Assembly (NCBI RefSeq): GCF_047973365.1
Contig: NZ_JBKEBW010000027.1
Coordinates: forward strand, 7,251 to 71,250
Source: Vibrio sp.
GTDB lineage: Bacteria; Pseudomonadota; Gammaproteobacteria; Enterobacterales; Vibrionaceae
Length of the DNA stretch: 64,000 nucleotides
Reading direction: 5' to 3'
This document shows, piece by piece, positions 61,470 to 64,000 of this stretch; position 1 is the stretch's first letter, and each line of letters begins with the position of its first letter. The position numbers and the translations under genes are program-made. The notes beneath the pieces are model-generated. The model made no database searches and was not told where the DNA came from. It saw only the letters and a list, made by a program, of their open reading frames with translations.

Positions 61470-62349
61470 ATTGATTATCCTTTGCTTTTAAAAATTCGTC
61501 TTTTGTTGTGCCTGTAATTTTGCAAGCTAGATGTTCATCTTTGCTACGTTGATCATCTTGTTGCGGATACCTTGTTAAAGAGCTCGTTTGCATGCGTTTT
61601 ATATGAGTAAACCCAAGGCCGCTATTACTAAGTTTTGATGCTGCGGCATTAAAATCATTTGCTCCTAGTTCTTTACGTAGCAGGGTTAACTCTGCTTCAA
61701 TAGCGCGTGGGAATACATATTCTTCTATGGCATTTTCTACATCACGTGTTATTGCTGTACTTGCGGTTTTCAATGCAGCTTCTACTTCATTATCACTTAA
61801 ATCTGCAATATTTAATTCCGCCTTTAATAATTGAATAGCATCGTTATGAGTCATTGAAGTTTCTGTTAATTCAATTAATCGCGAATTGTCATCTTTTTGA
61901 GATAAGTTTGCATGTAAAGGAAGAGCTGGAGTATTTGTTAAAGCCACACTTTTTATCGACAATATTTCATTTTCTTCATTGTGCATAAGTGATGGCGACA
62001 AATATCGAAACTCCTTATTTTTAATTTTTTCGCTCGCAACAGGTGTCCACATAACATCCGCTACAATAGCGTGCTCTGTCAAAGACAGATTTGAAATCCA
62101 CCCTGCGGCTAGTGACCGATGAGCCCCTTCTTTTTTATTTGAATCGTGCTCATAGTCAACGAGTATATCGATTCCTTTCTTCTTTGAATGAGAAATAACA
62201 CTAACGGGGTCTGGTACGCGAAACTGACGCCCATCATGAGTAGTGATTAATCCTTGAATTGGTAAAATTTCTATTCTCGAAGTATTCCCCTTTTGTTGAT
62301 TACCTTGAACTTGACTAAGAGATTGATAAAACGTAACGTCATCACTCAT
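61462..62349 (-). CDS. Mu-like head maturation protease/scaffold (gpI family)
   Basis: DGR, VDYEH, AAGW, EFRYLSP, VALTNTPAL; C-terminal ACKITGTTKDEFLKAK; overlaps the gpT start. Alternative TTG start at 62367. Confidence 0.88.
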   Translation of the reverse strand: MSDDVTFYQSLSQVQGNQQKGNTSRIEILPIQGLITTHDGRQFRVPDPVSVISHSKKKGIDILVDYEHDSNKKEGAHRSLAAGWISNLSLTEHAIVADVMWTPVASEKIKNKEFRYLSPSLMHNEENEILSIKSVALTNTPALPLHANLSQKDDNSRLIELTETSMTHNDAIQLLKAELNIADLSDNEVEAALKTASTAITRDVENAIEEYVFPRAIEAELTLLRKELGANDFNAAASKLSNSGLGFTHIKRMQTSSLTRYPQQDDQRSKDEHLACKITGTTKDEFLKAKDNQYE

Positions 62350-62684
62350 ATCTTCACCATTTCTCAATAAAAATAATTAGTAATTTCATGTATTAATTTT
62401 GTATCAGTGCAATTTTAATATTTAAAAATAACAATGATTTCGTCATACAGTGCCGCGTTAAAAACATACTTAAACAGTAGCGATTAAACGCTATAATTCC
62501 CAAGTCGCATGCGCGACTGAAAAACAAAATCAAGTTAACATGGATTACTATTTTTGCTGCTTAAGACGGATTAATAAAAATAGTTAGGCGATTTATAGAT
62601 TTGACATTGGAGAGAATTGTTAGATAATGACAACTGAAATGAAGCCTGAATAGAGCATGCTAGTTAATTTTGATTAGATAACGA

Positions 62685-62716
62685 AAAGCCTGCTTATTTA
62701 ACAATAAACAGGCTTT
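62685..62716 (-). terminator. Terminator after the 83-aa ORF
   Basis: Minus-strand AAAGCCTGTTTATT-GTTA-AATAAGCAGGCTTT(T); the single mismatch is a G-U pair on this strand. Confidence 0.65.
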
Positions 62717-62733
62717 ATGTGAATTGGATATTT

Positions 62734-62985
62734 TTATTTGCAAGAGTGTAGACGTAAGACTTCATCTAATTCAATAGCTAAACCAAGCAAACCACCAATT
62801 AAGCCAATGCATGAGGTTTTGTGGTGTTCTTCACCTTGGTAATAAGATAATAATGTAGCTAAATCTCTACTAGCGCACATCAGTTCATGTGGAGAAGAAA
62901 TTAAACCGACCGAGGCTTCTTGTAAAAATTCTAGTGAGATATATGTTTCGTTATTTATTTTAATTACAGATGGGGTAATAGACAT
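62734..62985 (-). CDS. Unknown 83-aa protein downstream of the C4-type RNA
   Basis: MSITPSVIK...LRLHSCK; AGGAG RBS at 62993-62997. Confidence 0.75.
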   Translation of the reverse strand: MSITPSVIKINNETYISLEFLQEASVGLISSPHELMCASRDLATLLSYYQGEEHHKTSCIGLIGGLLGLAIELDEVLRLHSCK

Positions 62986-63040
62986 AGATAATCTCCTGTT
63001 GCATAATTTTAAAATCATCGCACATAGAGACCAAACTAAG

Positions 63041-63114
63041 GGCGATGAACTGAACAAGGTTGGTCTTACCGCAACAGGCACGGTGCGCTTTCGCGCCCCT
63101 GTCCAGCCCACCAT
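63041..63114 (-). ncRNA. C4 antisense RNA / P4 CI-type immunity RNA
   Basis: 16-bp outer stem (GGUGGGCUGGACAGGG / CCUUGUUCAGUUCAUC), GCGC-GAAA-GCGC hairpin, ACCG-loop-CGGU hairpin exposing CCUGUUG, unpaired AGACCAA; complementary targets lie both upstream and downstream. Confidence 0.85.
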
Positions 63115-63138
63115 AATAAAGGCGTTCTGACTTTACGT

Positions 63139-63218
63139 AATAAAAAACCAGCATAAAGCTGGCGTTATCACGCCTGTTCGAACAGGAGACCAATCCTGAC
63201 ACTGGATTTTGCCAGTGC
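63139..63218 (-). promoter_or_regulatory. C4 leader with a1/b1 targets and attenuator
   Basis: GCACTGG-CAAAAT-CCAGTGT hairpin; a1 TTGGTCT (63187-63193); b1 AACAGGC (63172-63178); CCAGC-TTTAT-GCTGG-TTTTTT terminator. Confidence 0.75.
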
Positions 63219-63224
63219 GTAAAC

Positions 63225-63254
63225 AGTTTATCTGAATAATTTCACCCAAGTCAA
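63225..63254 (-). promoter_or_regulatory. Sigma70 promoter for the C4 module
   Basis: TTGACT-N18-TAAACT just upstream of the leader hairpin. Confidence 0.65.
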
Positions 63255-63629
63255 TTACTTTAATACAATTGCATATCTATGCAATTGCCCTTTTCAATAT
63301 AGGATTTTTATATCATATCCGTTTGCATGCAAAAACACCTCTATGTAATTGTTATTACTACAATAATCCCTAGTCGACAGTAATAATCCCAAAGGGATTA
63401 TTACTGTATTTTAAAAAAATCGCGTTCAGTAGAATCGTTTGTTTTTCAACAAGTTAAATTTGTGTTCAATTGTTGCACCTCCAAAAAACACTAATTTTTT
63501 GTTCATTTGTCGAGCCACATGATAGTCAGAGGGAATGATACCTCATATCTTTGTCAGCCCTTTAATTATCTAACCTCAATCCGGTTTAATCCACATAAAT
63601 TCGGGTTAACCCATAGTCTAGTGTTTTGT

Positions 63630-64000
63630 TCAGTTGTCTATTCTCCTTACAAATGTCTGTACATGCACGGTAATTTCTTCACGATCATGATAAAGATGTT
63701 TCGCTTGAAGCTTAAACCTTACATTGTTGTCTTTGAGGAATATCTTCAAGTTCTCAACATCTTGCAACACCTCATCATAACGGCCTTTCATCGGCAGCTT
63801 AAGGTTAAATATTGCTTCTTTCGCCCAACCGCTGATGATCCACTCGCCCACCAACTGCGCCACACGGGAAGGCTTTTCGATCATATCGCAAACGAGCCAA
63901 GTCACATTTTTACGTGGCGGCTCGAATTTGAAGCCATCGACCATATGGTGTTTCACCTGTCCGGTATCCATTAGGCTATCCGCCATCATACCGTTATCTA
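63630..64000 (-). CDS. rlmM: 23S rRNA Cm2498 methyltransferase (3' part only)
   Basis: [39 protein letters not shown]. Confidence 0.93.
   Translation of the reverse strand, partial: DNGMMADSLMDTGQVKHHMVDGFKFEPPRKNVTWLVCDMIEKPSRVAQLVGEWIISGWAKEAIFNLKLPMKGRYDEVLQDVENLKIFLKDNNVRFKLQAKHLYHDREEITVHVQTFVRRIDN

Larger units (their letters stand above)
59092..63629. mobile_element. AT-rich accessory islet of phage-derived genes between xni and rlmM (no mobility gene seen)
   Basis: Visibly AT-richer than the flanks; contains Mu-like head genes, two Mor-family genes and a C4-type RNA module; boundaries approximate. Confidence 0.75.

Noticed and set aside
62734..63202. 126-aa ORF from 63114 and 80-aa ORF 62960-63202 (Ash-like N-terminus)
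   Set aside because: These frames run through the structured C4 RNA; the clear RBS is in front of ATG 62985. Translation from 63114 cannot be fully excluded.
59092..63629. Intact prophage, PICI or capsid-forming PICI
   Set aside because: No integrase, transposase, primase, terminase, portal or tail gene, and I found no att-like direct repeats or Mu-type ends.
63507..63974. 155-aa plus-strand ORF
   Set aside because: Antisense shadow of rlmM.

Overview
This is a Vibrio-type chromosomal window, about 59 kb of which is conserved housekeeping backbone. In order: DUF1538 pair, yfcH, ybbN-qmcA-ybbJ, cueR, chitoporin chiP plus a lipoprotein, ligA-zipA-cysZ-cysK-ptsHI-crr, ubiF-miaB-ybeZY-corC-lnt, leuS-lptE-holA-rsfS-rlmH-mrdAB-rlpA-dacA-ybeD-lipBA, glyA, an RND pump, a 4x tRNA-Tyr array, gmhB-metNIQ, syd-queF, two GGDEF-type genes, ppnN-xni and the 3' end of rlmM. 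Intergenic spaces hold three copies of a ~170-bp MITE-like hairpin, one ERIC element inserted into a hairpin loop, and a REP doublet. The most unusual part is an AT-rich ~4.5-kb insertion between the convergent xni and rlmM genes (about 59.1-63.6 kb). It carries an intact Mu-like head protease/scaffold gene, an intact Mu-like major capsid gene and two Mor/C-family activator genes, but no integrase, transposase, terminase, portal or tail. Next to these is a complete P1/P4-type C4 antisense-RNA switch (promoter, a1/b1, folded RNA, a2/b2 over the RBS) positioned to control an unknown 83-aa ORF. All gene names come from recognising protein motifs and synteny by eye; no database search was run.
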